Origin: Candidatus Bathyarchaeia archaeon
GTDB taxonomy: Archaea > Thermoproteota > Bathyarchaeia > Bathyarchaeales > Bathycorpusculaceae
Direction: 5' to 3'
Length of the DNA stretch: 64,000 nt
Assembly (NCBI GenBank): GCA_049516875.1
Contig: JBEKSS010000014.1
Span: forward strand, 19,743 to 83,742
In this document: positions 9,288-18,304 of the stretch, piece by piece
How the letters are laid out: the number at the start of each line of letters is the position of its first letter
Position numbering within the stretch: position 1 is the stretch's first letter
The notes under the pieces: model-generated
Seen by the model: only the letters and a program-made list of their open reading frames with translations
Database searches by the model: none
Told to the model about the DNA's origin: nothing
Translations under genes and position numbers: made by a program

Positions 9288-10082
9288 TTAGCGCGCCCAC
9301 AAGCGCCATTTTTTGGTTTCAGACAAAATAGTTTTGCCCAATTCAGTAAAGTAGTATTCTGGCTGACCGCCATACACTTTTTTCCTGAAGGGAATCGGCT
9401 TTGCACTTCTAATGACTCCGAGATTGATAAGGTCACGGGCGATTCTTCTCAAGTCGTTCTTCTCACAGCTTTCATGGTAGAGACCATACTCTCCTTTGCG
9501 GCTTGAATCGAATGCACATAAGTCAAAACCCCTATCAACATATCCTCGGACTACTTCCAAAAATGAGATCATATCAATGTCCAATGCGCCCAAAACATTT
9601 CTGACCATTAAGTCTCTCGTTAAGTCCACTTGTTTTTCGGCATTTATCACAAGCTTTCTTATTTTGTCTCTTGAATTTTTTGCATTCTGTGTGGAAAATT
9701 TGTTCCATCTGAGGTGCCTAATATCAAAAGAAATATTTTCTGACTTTTCATCCCTTACGATGATTACCTCCTGTGGCAGACGGATGGCATGAGCTATGCC
9801 CAGTTCGTACATAACATTTGGATTTGGTCGGTCTTTTTCATCATTCGAAATATCGAATAACAACAACTTTGCTCTGCCGACTCCTTCCAAAACATCAATA
9901 GGAATCGAGTCGCTAACAAGTCGCTCTTTTGTACGATATGGTTTCAGACCGCATGAAAGAATAGCAGGTTTAAAGATATCTTTCCATCGTTGTTCGAATT
10001 GAGAGGAGAAAGGCATTGCCACAAATACTTCCATTGTCCTATCGAATGACCTGAACAAGTCCATGTAAGTTTTTGGGTACAT
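9288..10082 (-). CDS. Nucleoside 2-deoxyribosyltransferase/TIR-like domain protein with possible C-terminal wHTH
   Basis: VFVAMPFS, D-I-S, NPNVMYELGIAHA, FDIRHLR motifs; YYFTELGK at the C-terminus. Confidence 0.75.
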   Translation of the reverse strand: MYPKTYMDLFRSFDRTMEVFVAMPFSSQFEQRWKDIFKPAILSCGLKPYRTKERLVSDSIPIDVLEGVGRAKLLLFDISNDEKDRPNPNVMYELGIAHAIRLPQEVIIVRDEKSENISFDIRHLRWNKFSTQNAKNSRDKIRKLVINAEKQVDLTRDLMVRNVLGALDIDMISFLEVVRGYVDRGFDLCAFDSSRKGEYGLYHESCEKNDLRRIARDLINLGVIRSAKPIPFRKKVYGGQPEYYFTELGKTILSETKKWRLWAR

Positions 10083-10165
10083 TCCTATTGCATCATTCCA
10101 ATTTCTTGTACCTTACGTGGAACTTTCCAAACAAATTGGTTTCACCAGACATTTGATTGAGTGCC

Positions 10166-10759
10166 TTATTGTTCTTGTTGGATTCTCAGCCAGTCTTTTA
10201 TCAGAAGCTTGAACCTTACTATCTCATCATTGTCCAGTTCGCAGCTATGGGCGATAATGTTTCTAATGTTATTGAATTGACAGAGTGTGTCTTGAACTGC
10301 CTTTCTGCTTCTGAGAATATCTGCAAAGTCATTCCAATTTGAGTTGAATATGTCGGTTAACTCACCGAAGTTTGTATAGGATAAGTTATCATCAGACCGA
10401 ATCGACATTGCAGTTTCTCTTTCCTTTGCTTGCAGTTTCTTGACGTTATCTTTTATAACCACTGGAACTTTTTTTTCCCACCAATCGGTGCCGTGTTTTT
10501 CTCTCAGAACGTCAGTGATGAGCTTACGTACACTGTTCTCCATGCTGAAATATAATACATAGAAATCTGCCATTTTGCGAGCTTTCTGAAGGATTTCGAG
10601 TTCAAATAGGTCGGTGTCTACTAGTTCGTCTTTCTTCATTTGTTGTGAATGCCCGATTTCGATACCTGACCTTTCCAATTTCGCGAGTTCACCTTCAAGC
10701 ATCAAGTTCTTCATTCCAAAAACTAGGATTTGTTTGTTTCTTTCATTCTCGTCTTTCAT
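10166..10759 (-). CDS. Swt1-like HEPN domain protein (putative RNase)
   Basis: ENSVR, DWW, YTNFGEL and RNIIAH (Rx4H) motifs. Confidence 0.8.
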   Translation of the reverse strand: MKDENERNKQILVFGMKNLMLEGELAKLERSGIEIGHSQQMKKDELVDTDLFELEILQKARKMADFYVLYFSMENSVRKLITDVLREKHGTDWWEKKVPVVIKDNVKKLQAKERETAMSIRSDDNLSYTNFGELTDIFNSNWNDFADILRSRKAVQDTLCQFNNIRNIIAHSCELDNDEIVRFKLLIKDWLRIQQEQ

Positions 10760-11370
10760 GTTAGGAGGTGCTCCTTCAGAGCTTTGAAGATAGCATTGAA
10801 CACTTCGACGTCGTTTGTTGCAGGAAGGTTGAGATTTATCGTATAGGATATTCCGAGTTTCTCAATCGGTTGCTGCTTCGACTTTAATTGAGGCTCTAAC
10901 GGTTCCTGTGAAACAGCTGACGTTGCTTCTGTTATTTCTGTTGTCTCAAAATCAGCTAAGCTGCACAGTGCTAAAAAAGTACTCACCACTTTAGGCGTAA
11001 CCTTATCGTCTGAGGGAGTGCCTAGAACTGTATTCAGTTTGGCGATTATTTCATCTCTTTTGAGCTTTTGTGCGTACTCATTAGCGGCAAATATCTCTTT
11101 GTAAGCCTTCTTCACTTGTTGAGCCATTACAATTTTGGATTTCATTGGGTCGCGGTACTCTCTGTAGGCAGGGGTTGGGCCATTAGCTTCATCAACAAAT
11201 CCGAGTCTCTTAAGAAGTGCGATAAAAGGTCTAAAACTTGATGACTTCAAACCGAGTTTTGTGTATATGAAATCGACTGTGATTTTGGGTGGCACCTGTG
11301 CTTCCGTTATTCTTTTGAAAAACTCTTCTATTCTACCGTAAGCGTCCACATAAGGAGGATAAGTGACCAA
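10756..11370 (-). CDS. DUF5343-like DNA-binding protein, translationally coupled to the HEPN gene
   Basis: PPY...VPPK...LKRLGFVD..GPT..Y and C-terminal YTINLNLPAT..VFNAIF pattern; ATGA overlap at 10756-10759. Confidence 0.65.
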   Translation of the reverse strand: MVTYPPYVDAYGRIEEFFKRITEAQVPPKITVDFIYTKLGLKSSSFRPFIALLKRLGFVDEANGPTPAYREYRDPMKSKIVMAQQVKKAYKEIFAANEYAQKLKRDEIIAKLNTVLGTPSDDKVTPKVVSTFLALCSLADFETTEITEATSAVSQEPLEPQLKSKQQPIEKLGISYTINLNLPATNDVEVFNAIFKALKEHLLT

Positions 11371-11755
11371 TTTTATTCTCCGTTATCTCGTTAGTGAACT
11401 AACACATAAGAGGTTTTTGGTCAGTATGTCTTTTGTTCAATTTTGTGGTCTGAAACCACGTTCATGTAGTACGCGACGTCGGTTCTTTGAGCACATCGTC
11501 TGGAACGTGCGCGCGCGCATTGATGTTGGGTCGATTCGTAAGTTTCATAGAAAATGAGCAATTAGAAGCGTGGATGATGGCGAAAATGGAAAGATTGATA
11601 AAGGGGCAGCGAGTATTTGTGAGGAGTTTGTTTCGTCAAGGGTGACGCTTGCATGGACGCTGTCTTCGCGGCCTAGGCCGTTATTGCACTGTGTTGGTAG
11701 CCTAGTCTATAGGTCTGTTTGGCGCCACCAATCTTGAAACCAGGAGGTTTCCATT

Positions 11756-12025
11756 TTGGGTTTGATTTCAACTTTGAGAGATGAGTTTGCGTTTCTTCGC
11801 GGCAACATTCTGGTCATGATGACCAGTTGGTTAGTGATGAACTTTGCTGGCGCTGTTCCCAACACTTACTATTCTCTCTTTGTCCTGGGGTTAGGCGGCA
11901 CGCCCTTCATCATAGGCTTAATGCAGTTCTTTTCATACCTGGCTTTAGCTTCGACGCAGTTTCCAGGGGGTTATTTGGCAGACAAGCGCTGGAGAAAGAA
12001 CCTCGTGGTGAAGCGCGGGCTTTAA
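11756..12025 (+). pseudogene. Truncated MFS transporter (N-terminal fragment)
   Basis: GGAGG RBS; ends just after MFS motif A (GGYLADKRWRK). Confidence 0.7.
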
Positions 12026-12037
12026 AGGGGAACACTG

Positions 12038-13321
12038 ATGAGCAAGAATAAGTCAAGAGATGAGCTGGACCCTAAACGAAGATCTCATTGGTTTTCAAGT
12101 ATTTCTTTGAAGGCGGGGTTCTCAGGCTTGTCCTCCCAAGTGTATATCCTAGTGTTTCTGGGCTTTCTGTTCTCACTTGGAAATAACATTGCTTTCCCCT
12201 ACCTTGCCATGTTCTTGGCAGGAAAAACTCAAAACGGGGGTTTAGGGTTTGCCTCGTCACTCGTGGGTTTGATGCTTATGACAGGAGGATTCACTTCCAC
12301 CTTTGCACTCCTGTTCACTGGAAGCTTGTGTGACAGATTTGGCAGAAAAATAATGATGATGTCCTCACTGATTCCACAGATTCTGCTGACCATCGGCTTT
12401 GCATACGTTCACGCATATCTCGAATTCCTGCTGCTGTATGCAACACTTGGAATTGTAATGGCCTTTTTCAACCCAGCTTACGGTGCCATGATCGCGGATC
12501 TCGTCCAGCCAGAAAGAAGGGAACAGGTCTACGGCCTAAATTACATGGTAGGCAACGTTGGTTTTATGGCTGGATTGCCCATCGGGGGTTTAATTGCAAG
12601 CATGAGTGGCTTCTCTGTGCTATACTTCTACGCTGCCATTTTTGTATCCGCAGGGGCAGCTGGCCTTGGTCTACTGATCAAGGAATCTAAGCCTCTTGAG
12701 GTCGCTAAGGAAAAGTTTTTTTCCGATGTTACCCCGATCTTTAGAGACAGAGTTTTCATACTGTTTTGTTTCATGGGAGCCTTGACAATTGTCGTTTACT
12801 CACAACTGTACAGTTTGCTATCCGTCTACACGGAGTACCTTGGCTTTGAGCCCTACGTCTTTGGCTTTCTCTCCTCAATAGCTGGTGCGATGGTGGTGAC
12901 CCTCCAAATCCCAATCAGATTGGGAACTGTGCGAATAGGTCCGACAAAAGCATTCATAATCGCTGAGACACTCTTTGGTGCGGGATTAATCTGTTTAATG
13001 TTTGCTGCGAACTTTTCCCAATTCTTAGTAGCCATTGCAATTCTGACCATTGGAGAAATAATCTTCTTCCCTGCAAGCTCAGCTTTTGTTGCTAATCTTG
13101 CTCCAGCAGATATGCGGGGAAGATACTTGGCTCTGATGGGACTATTCTTTGGAATAGGAGGTGCAACAACAGAACTGACGATCTTCAGTATTTATGGATT
13201 GTTGGCTAACAAAAGCTTGATCTGGGGGATTTGGGGAACGCTTGGATTCGCGATTCTCCCTGGCTATTTGATGTTATTCAAGATGGCTAAGAGACACAGA
13301 TCAATTCCGACGCGGCCCTGA
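12038..13321 (+). CDS. MFS transporter
   Basis: GSLCDRFGRK motif A, about 12 TM helices, APADMRGRY. Confidence 0.9.
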   Translation: MSKNKSRDELDPKRRSHWFSSISLKAGFSGLSSQVYILVFLGFLFSLGNNIAFPYLAMFLAGKTQNGGLGFASSLVGLMLMTGGFTSTFALLFTGSLCDRFGRKIMMMSSLIPQILLTIGFAYVHAYLEFLLLYATLGIVMAFFNPAYGAMIADLVQPERREQVYGLNYMVGNVGFMAGLPIGGLIASMSGFSVLYFYAAIFVSAGAAGLGLLIKESKPLEVAKEKFFSDVTPIFRDRVFILFCFMGALTIVVYSQLYSLLSVYTEYLGFEPYVFGFLSSIAGAMVVTLQIPIRLGTVRIGPTKAFIIAETLFGAGLICLMFAANFSQFLVAIAILTIGEIIFFPASSAFVANLAPADMRGRYLALMGLFFGIGGATTELTIFSIYGLLANKSLIWGIWGTLGFAILPGYLMLFKMAKRHRSIPTRP

Positions 13322-13456
13322 GTCAAGGCTAGTCATCTATGAAAGGTGCTGGAACCCTTAACCTATTATGTGGAAACTGCAATGCGCGCGCGTTAGAAAG
13401 CGTTATATGAAAATGAACTCGATTAAAAGTCGAGGATAGCGCGGGCGACATTTCGG

Positions 13457-14038
13457 GTGGAGGGGCACAATTTGAGACTTAACTATTTAGGTTTTATCGG
13501 AGGCATATTGGCTTTCATCAGCTTGGTGTTACCGTGGTGGGCTATGAGCATTTCGGGTTCAGCCATGGAAATTAACGTCTCTGACGAGGTTACTCTGTAC
13601 CTATACCAAACGAGAGTGACCATAATAGGTTTATCAGTATCCGCTTCAACGAATCTTCCTTGGTATTGTTCGATTGCCTTAGCATTTGTGGTGTTAGGCG
13701 GCTTGCTGGGCTTGGCAGGTAGTGTCATTGCTAATGGGAGAAGGATTGTACTTTCACTTGGCGCCATACTTGCCTCGTTTTCGGTTATCATATTCGCTGT
13801 AGGATTGCAAAACCAGATTTCAAATGGGTCTTTGGTTTCGGGTTTGCCAACAGGAGTAGGTTTGTTCTCCAGTGGTGCATACGGCTATGGAATGGATTAC
13901 TCGTCGTACCTGTCTTTCGGTTTTTGGCTGGCCTTGGTTGCCGCGATTATAATGTTTGTCGCACTAACGAGAGAGCGCATGCTAGAACCCGCTGAGACAA
14001 TAATACCACCTCAACCTTCTCCCCCTGCGCCGACGTAG
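13457..14038 (+). CDS. Four-TM membrane protein with Pro-rich tail
   Basis: LPWW motif, GFWLAL, hydrophobic segments. Confidence 0.75.
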   Translation: MEGHNLRLNYLGFIGGILAFISLVLPWWAMSISGSAMEINVSDEVTLYLYQTRVTIIGLSVSASTNLPWYCSIALAFVVLGGLLGLAGSVIANGRRIVLSLGAILASFSVIIFAVGLQNQISNGSLVSGLPTGVGLFSSGAYGYGMDYSSYLSFGFWLALVAAIIMFVALTRERMLEPAETIIPPQPSPPAPT

Positions 14039-14155
14039 AATCGCGCGCGCTGTTGTTGTTTTGAGTTTTTGCGAGTTGGAGCGCGAAGCGAAGCTGAGCG
14101 CGACATTGTGGTCAGGAATGACATTGAATAGAAAAAAAGGTGGGCTGTTTGTGTC

Positions 14156-15094
14156 TTATTTGCGTTTTCGGAACATCATTATATTTTGGGGCGTTGTCAG
14201 AATGTATGTCCATCCGTTGTCTATTAGTTCGCCTGCTTCTTTTTCGTCTTTGGCTATTGCATGGTGGTAGTTTTGGCTTTCTTCGTCAAATTGAACTATG
14301 TGAGTGTAAACCATTGTTGAGTTTATGTTTCGGTGTCCTAGTCTTGCTTGAACTTCGATTAGGCTTTTGGTTTCGTTATAGAGACGTGTGGCGTGGTAGT
14401 GTCGTAGAGTGTGGAAATGTATTTGTTTGAGTCGTGGGTTGTTTAGTTTTTCAGCGAGGCGTTTCTTTTGATAATTGAACATGGTCCGAGTGAAGCCTAA
14501 GCGGGTGTTGCTGAATATGTAATTGTTTCGTTTCGGTAATGTGTTGAGTCGTGCAAATAGCTTAGCTGAGATTTTTACTTCTCTCGGTTTGCATCCTTTT
14601 TCAGGGTTGTTGCATTTGAGTGTGTTTTTTTCTTCGTCTATGTCTGTCCATTTGCATTGCCATAGTTCGCCTATTCTGAAGCCTGTTTCTTTGAGTGTTT
14701 GGAGTGCAATGGAGACTTTTTTGCTCGTTCCGCTTATGAGTGCGTCTATCTCTTTTTCTGTTGGAACGAATGGGAGTGTTTCATTTTTGGGATAGAGTGG
14801 TGGTGTCCATTGGATACCTTTCATTTTGGCGTATTCGTTGTAGGTGAAAACTGCTAGATTCTTGTGTCCGTTGGACCATTTGCCGTTTCTTTTTATGTAG
14901 AGTTTTACGGCTTCGGGGTCTGCTAGGTTTACGTTCTCTTTTATCATGTGTCGTAGAATCTTGTATTTCGTTTCGATGGTTGCGTCTGCGAAGGCTTGTT
15001 TTTCGCAATGTATCATAAACTCTGCGAGGTCTGTGTTTGTGATGACGTCAGAGCAGGCGGGTTCCTTTGAAAGGCTGGCGTGTTGGTCGTAACC
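14156..15094 (-). CDS. int: Tyrosine integrase, catalytic C-part (intC); open frame extends upstream through att into rnpB
   Basis: Catalytic residues in TGFRIGE, EKG, HTLRH, LGH, TMVY. Frame is open from GYDQHASLSKEPACSDVITNTDLAEF to the ATG at 15016. Confidence 0.92.
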   Translation of the reverse strand, partial: GYDQHASLSKEPACSDVITNTDLAEFMIHCEKQAFADATIETKYKILRHMIKENVNLADPEAVKLYIKRNGKWSNGHKNLAVFTYNEYAKMKGIQWTPPLYPKNETLPFVPTEKEIDALISGTSKKVSIALQTLKETGFRIGELWQCKWTDIDEEKNTLKCNNPEKGCKPREVKISAKLFARLNTLPKRNNYIFSNTRLGFTRTMFNYQKKRLAEKLNNPRLKQIHFHTLRHYHATRLYNETKSLIEVQARLGHRNINSTMVYTHIVQFDEESQNYHHAIAKDEKEAGELIDNGWTYILTTPQNIMMFRKRK

Positions 15095-15391
15095 CGCCTT
15101 TTGTTTTTTGTGGCATTCGGCTAATCGGGCTACCCGCGCCTTCCGGTAGATTCTTCATCGGCGTCTGTTTGCCCTTTCCACTTGCAGGACGGCCGTTTCA
15201 CCGTTTCGCACCCTGCATTCTCGACAACTTAGCATGTGTCATCGGCATATGCCGGGCGGACGTTTCGTTTCTGCTCCGTAGCCAAGGTTCTCACCTTACG
15301 CCCTTGCAGGCGTTGCAATTCTACGCGTGGGCGGAGTTTCCTCAAGCCTTCCAATATGAGGCTCGAAAGCCACACACCAACTCGCCAGCCC
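15072..15391 (-). ncRNA. rnpB: Archaeal RNase P RNA
   Basis: P1 helix GGCTGGCGAGTTGGT / ACCAACACGCCAGCC; GAGGAAACTCCGCCC pairing with AACAAAAGGCGGGTTA (P4); internal GCAGAAAC and TGAAACGGCCGTCC conserved regions; about 320 nt. Confidence 0.92.
15073..15096 (-). repeat. att direct repeat 1 (within rnpB 3' end)
   Basis: CGGGTTACGACCAACACGCCAGCC on the minus strand. Confidence 0.95.
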
Positions 15392-15558
15392 AACAGTAAC
15401 TATCACATCAGTCTCCAATAAGAATTTTGGCACCTATGTACTTCCTGACTTATAGTCCGAGAAAATGGCATATTGAGTCAAGTTGGAGAAACGGGGGTCG
15501 CACGCGCAACCTATTTAAGAATCAAGGCGCACCACACCGATGATCTGGTGCACTAATC

Positions 15559-16944
15559 ATGAAAAGTATGACACGATTAGTCTTGGGCGTTGTTCTTCTC
15601 GCCGTCTTCATCTCAACGTCATGCATTCCGTTCGGCTCCGCCGCGACGACAGGATGGAGTCAGACATACGGAGGCTCTGGAGACGACGAAGCCTATTCAG
15701 TCGTCCAGACCAGCGACGGAGGCTACGCATTGGTAGGGTACACGAACTCTTCCGGCGCGGGCAGCTACGATTTCTGGTTAATCAAGACCAACTCTTCCGG
15801 AGGCATGCTGTGGAACCAAACCTACGGAGGACCAGGTGACGATGAAGCTTATTCAGTCGTCCAATGCAACGACACGGGATACGCAGTAGCCGGGTACACG
15901 AATTCTTACGGTATCGGTGAAACCAATGCTTGGCTGGTTAAAACTGACTCTTCTGGAAACATGCAGTGGAGCCAAACGTACGGGGGAAGAGCGGAAAACA
16001 TCGCATACTCTGTAATCCAAACAAGCGACGGAGGCTATGCGTTGGCAGGATACACAGATTCCTTCGGTGCGGGCAGCTTCGACTTCTGGCTTGTCAAGAC
16101 CAACTCTTCCGGAGGCATGCTGTGGAACCAAACGTACGGTGGGACAGGGGACGATGAGGCTTCCTCCGTAATCCAGACCAGCGACGGAGGCTATGCGTTG
16201 GCAGGATACACAGATTCCTTCGGTGCGGGCAGCTATGATTTCTGGCTGGTTAAAACCGACTCCTCGGGAAACATGGTGTGGAGTCAGACGTACGGAGGCT
16301 CAGGGGACGATGAAGCTGGCTGGGTGATTCAGACCAGTGACGGAGGCTACGCTCTAACCGGGCTCACAAACTCTACTGGAGCGGGCAGCTATGATTTCTG
16401 GCTGGTTAAAACCGACTCCTATGGAACGTATCTGTGGAGCCAAGCCTATGGAGGAGCATACGACGAAGTAGCAAACGCGTTAGTTCAGACCAGCGACGGA
16501 GGCTATGCCCTAGGAGGTTTGACAGGTTCCTACGGCGCCGGCGACATTGATTACTGGCTCGTCAAGACCACATCTTCCGGAAGCACGCAGTGGAGCCAAA
16601 CCTACGGAGGATCAGATGACGATGAAGCGTATTCCCTAGTCCAGACAAGCGACGGAGGCTACGCGTTAGCCGGATTCACAGCTTCCTACGGCGCCGGCAG
16701 CTATGACGCCCTTCTAGTCAAAACCGACTCCTCAGGAAACAGTGTGATGCCACAGTCGCCACCATTCTCCATCCCATATGCTGCCATAGTGATAGTGTTG
16801 ATTATAGTGGTCATAATAATAGTGGTAGTGGTCATAGCCCGCAGCAGGCGTTCCAGATCCGACACAAGCACCAGTCAACAGTACCCGCCCACAAGCCCTG
16901 AAATGAAACCGACACAAGAGACGCGCGGGGCGCAACCAAGCTGA
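15559..16944 (+). CDS. Secreted beta-propeller-like repeat protein with C-terminal TM anchor
   Basis: Seven ~51-aa repeats WSQTYGG..DDEAYSVIQTSDGGYALAG...DFWLVKTDSSG; signal peptide. Confidence 0.85.
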   Translation: MKSMTRLVLGVVLLAVFISTSCIPFGSAATTGWSQTYGGSGDDEAYSVVQTSDGGYALVGYTNSSGAGSYDFWLIKTNSSGGMLWNQTYGGPGDDEAYSVVQCNDTGYAVAGYTNSYGIGETNAWLVKTDSSGNMQWSQTYGGRAENIAYSVIQTSDGGYALAGYTDSFGAGSFDFWLVKTNSSGGMLWNQTYGGTGDDEASSVIQTSDGGYALAGYTDSFGAGSYDFWLVKTDSSGNMVWSQTYGGSGDDEAGWVIQTSDGGYALTGLTNSTGAGSYDFWLVKTDSYGTYLWSQAYGGAYDEVANALVQTSDGGYALGGLTGSYGAGDIDYWLVKTTSSGSTQWSQTYGGSDDDEAYSLVQTSDGGYALAGFTASYGAGSYDALLVKTDSSGNSVMPQSPPFSIPYAAIVIVLIIVVIIIVVVVIARSRRSRSDTSTSQQYPPTSPEMKPTQETRGAQPS

Positions 16945-17043
16945 CAACAGGTTCTCAAAAAGGTTAGAGTTGATTCAAACCTCGCCGTTGTGGAAGCCTT
17001 ATTTTCTGGCTAGCCCAACATAGGCCTGCAGGACTGTTCAAAC

Positions 17044-17631
17044 ATGTCCAAACGTGTCATCCTCGTGACTGGGACGCCGTCCGTCGGAAAAACCGTTACG
17101 GCACGTCTGCTCGCGTCCAAGCTCGACGCATTGTACGTCGACCTAACCGATCTCGCCCTGAGAAACAACCTGGTTCTGGGCAAGGACGAGAAAAGAGACA
17201 CTGTCATCATCGACGAAAGGAAGATGCGACGGCGAATCAGTCAGATTATCGAGAAAACGGGAAAGAACGAAATCGTGGTCGATGGACACTACGCCGTCAA
17301 CGTCGTTCCACAGAAACTCGTGACTCTCGTGTTCGTGCTGAGACGTGACCCTGTTGAACTCCGAAAATTCATGGAACAGCGCGGTTATCCGGAGCCGAAA
17401 CTCGTGGAGAACCTTGCCTCAGAAATACTCGACGTGTGCCTCGTAGACGCTTTAAACGCTGGATATGAAGGGAGAACCTGTGAACTGAATGTTACGGGCA
17501 AGAAAACAGAGGAAACCGTCAAGGCGATGCTGGAACTGATGGCCGATCCCAGCAAGTGCGGCGTGGGCGTCGTGGATTGGCTGGGCAAACTCGAAAACGA
17601 AGGCCTACTCGACGAGTACCTGAAAATCTAA
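17044..17631 (+). CDS. Adenylate kinase, AK6/Fap7 family
   Basis: VTGTPSVGKT Walker A, VDGH, RGY..KL.EN..EILD. Confidence 0.85.
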   Translation: MSKRVILVTGTPSVGKTVTARLLASKLDALYVDLTDLALRNNLVLGKDEKRDTVIIDERKMRRRISQIIEKTGKNEIVVDGHYAVNVVPQKLVTLVFVLRRDPVELRKFMEQRGYPEPKLVENLASEILDVCLVDALNAGYEGRTCELNVTGKKTEETVKAMLELMADPSKCGVGVVDWLGKLENEGLLDEYLKI

Positions 17632-17636
17632 CCGGT

Positions 17637-17999
17637 CTACCGTAGGCTTGAGGATATCTGCCTCTTCGTGAGCAGCGTGATTTTCCTTCGGTTTGCGTAG
17701 GATTTTGCGTGGTCGCTGAACTTTTCGCCCACTATAATGGGGCTCGACAGCCCCACATCCTCAGAAGCCTTGTCAATGTTTATTATGACGTTGACGCCTA
17801 TGGTCCTGTTCCAATCTCTAATCCAGACTCCCTGCTCAACACGTCCCTTCTGAACTATCAAATCAAACTTACTTGAAGTCCCGCTGAAACCCTCAAGCGT
17901 CGTAACGTTCTGCTGCATCTTGTAACCCTCCTTCTTAAAATAATGCACCGCCGCCTGAACCAGAGCTGATTTCGGTTTGGCTTCTTGCTCGTTGCTCAT
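17637..17999 (-). CDS. Small Mrr-like restriction-endonuclease-fold protein
   Basis: GFSG...FDLIV, DW.R.IG, FS..A..YA pattern. Confidence 0.65.
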   Translation of the reverse strand: MSNEQEAKPKSALVQAAVHYFKKEGYKMQQNVTTLEGFSGTSSKFDLIVQKGRVEQGVWIRDWNRTIGVNVIINIDKASEDVGLSSPIIVGEKFSDHAKSYANRRKITLLTKRQISSSLR

Positions 18000-18067
18000 G
18001 CGCTCTTTCCTCTTCGCACTAAGCGTTATCTAGTTGATTGTGGAAAAGGCTTTCGATTGGTGAAAAG

Positions 18068-18286
18068 ATGGCTCCGACCCTGATAATCGTGTGCAGCAGA
18101 TGCGGTGGGCTCCTCCTAGCTAAGGCTGACCAGAAAACAAGAAGTTGCCCGCACTGCGGCTTCACAATCCTCCTGCAGAAGGCACAGAAGCTCGGTTCGG
18201 CCAACACGGCAAACGAGGCGTCAGTGATGCTGCGCAAAATGAAAAGCGATGCCGCCGCAAGGGAAAGAGGACTGCAAACGTCTTAG
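18068..18286 (+). CDS. Zn-ribbon protein (DUF1922-like)
   Basis: CSRC...KTRSCPHCG. Confidence 0.7.
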   Translation: MAPTLIIVCSRCGGLLLAKADQKTRSCPHCGFTILLQKAQKLGSANTANEASVMLRKMKSDAAARERGLQTS

Positions 18287-18304
18287 CACAGGCTGCGCTT
18301 TACA

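Larger units (their letters stand above)
6386..15096. mobile_element. 8.7-kb integrated rolling-circle plasmid/virus-like element inserted in the 3' end of rnpB
   Basis: Flanking att direct repeats, split tyrosine integrase, HUH Rep, regulator, defence-like and transporter cargo. Confidence 0.88.

Noticed and set aside
11620-11730. Riboswitch-like leader upstream of the MFS fragment
   Set aside because: Only short hairpins; no recognisable aptamer consensus
120-15096. The 24-bp repeats as CRISPR repeats or integron attC sites
   Set aside because: Spaced by 6-9 kb, non-palindromic, and identical to the rnpB 3' end; att duplication explains them
15067-15421. ORFs 15067-15399 and 15236-15421
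   Set aside because: Antisense to the RNase P RNA gene; no protein features
15559-16944. 153-bp DNA repeats as DGR template/variable repeats
   Set aside because: They are in-frame protein repeats; no reverse transcriptase in the window and no adenine-specific variation apparent
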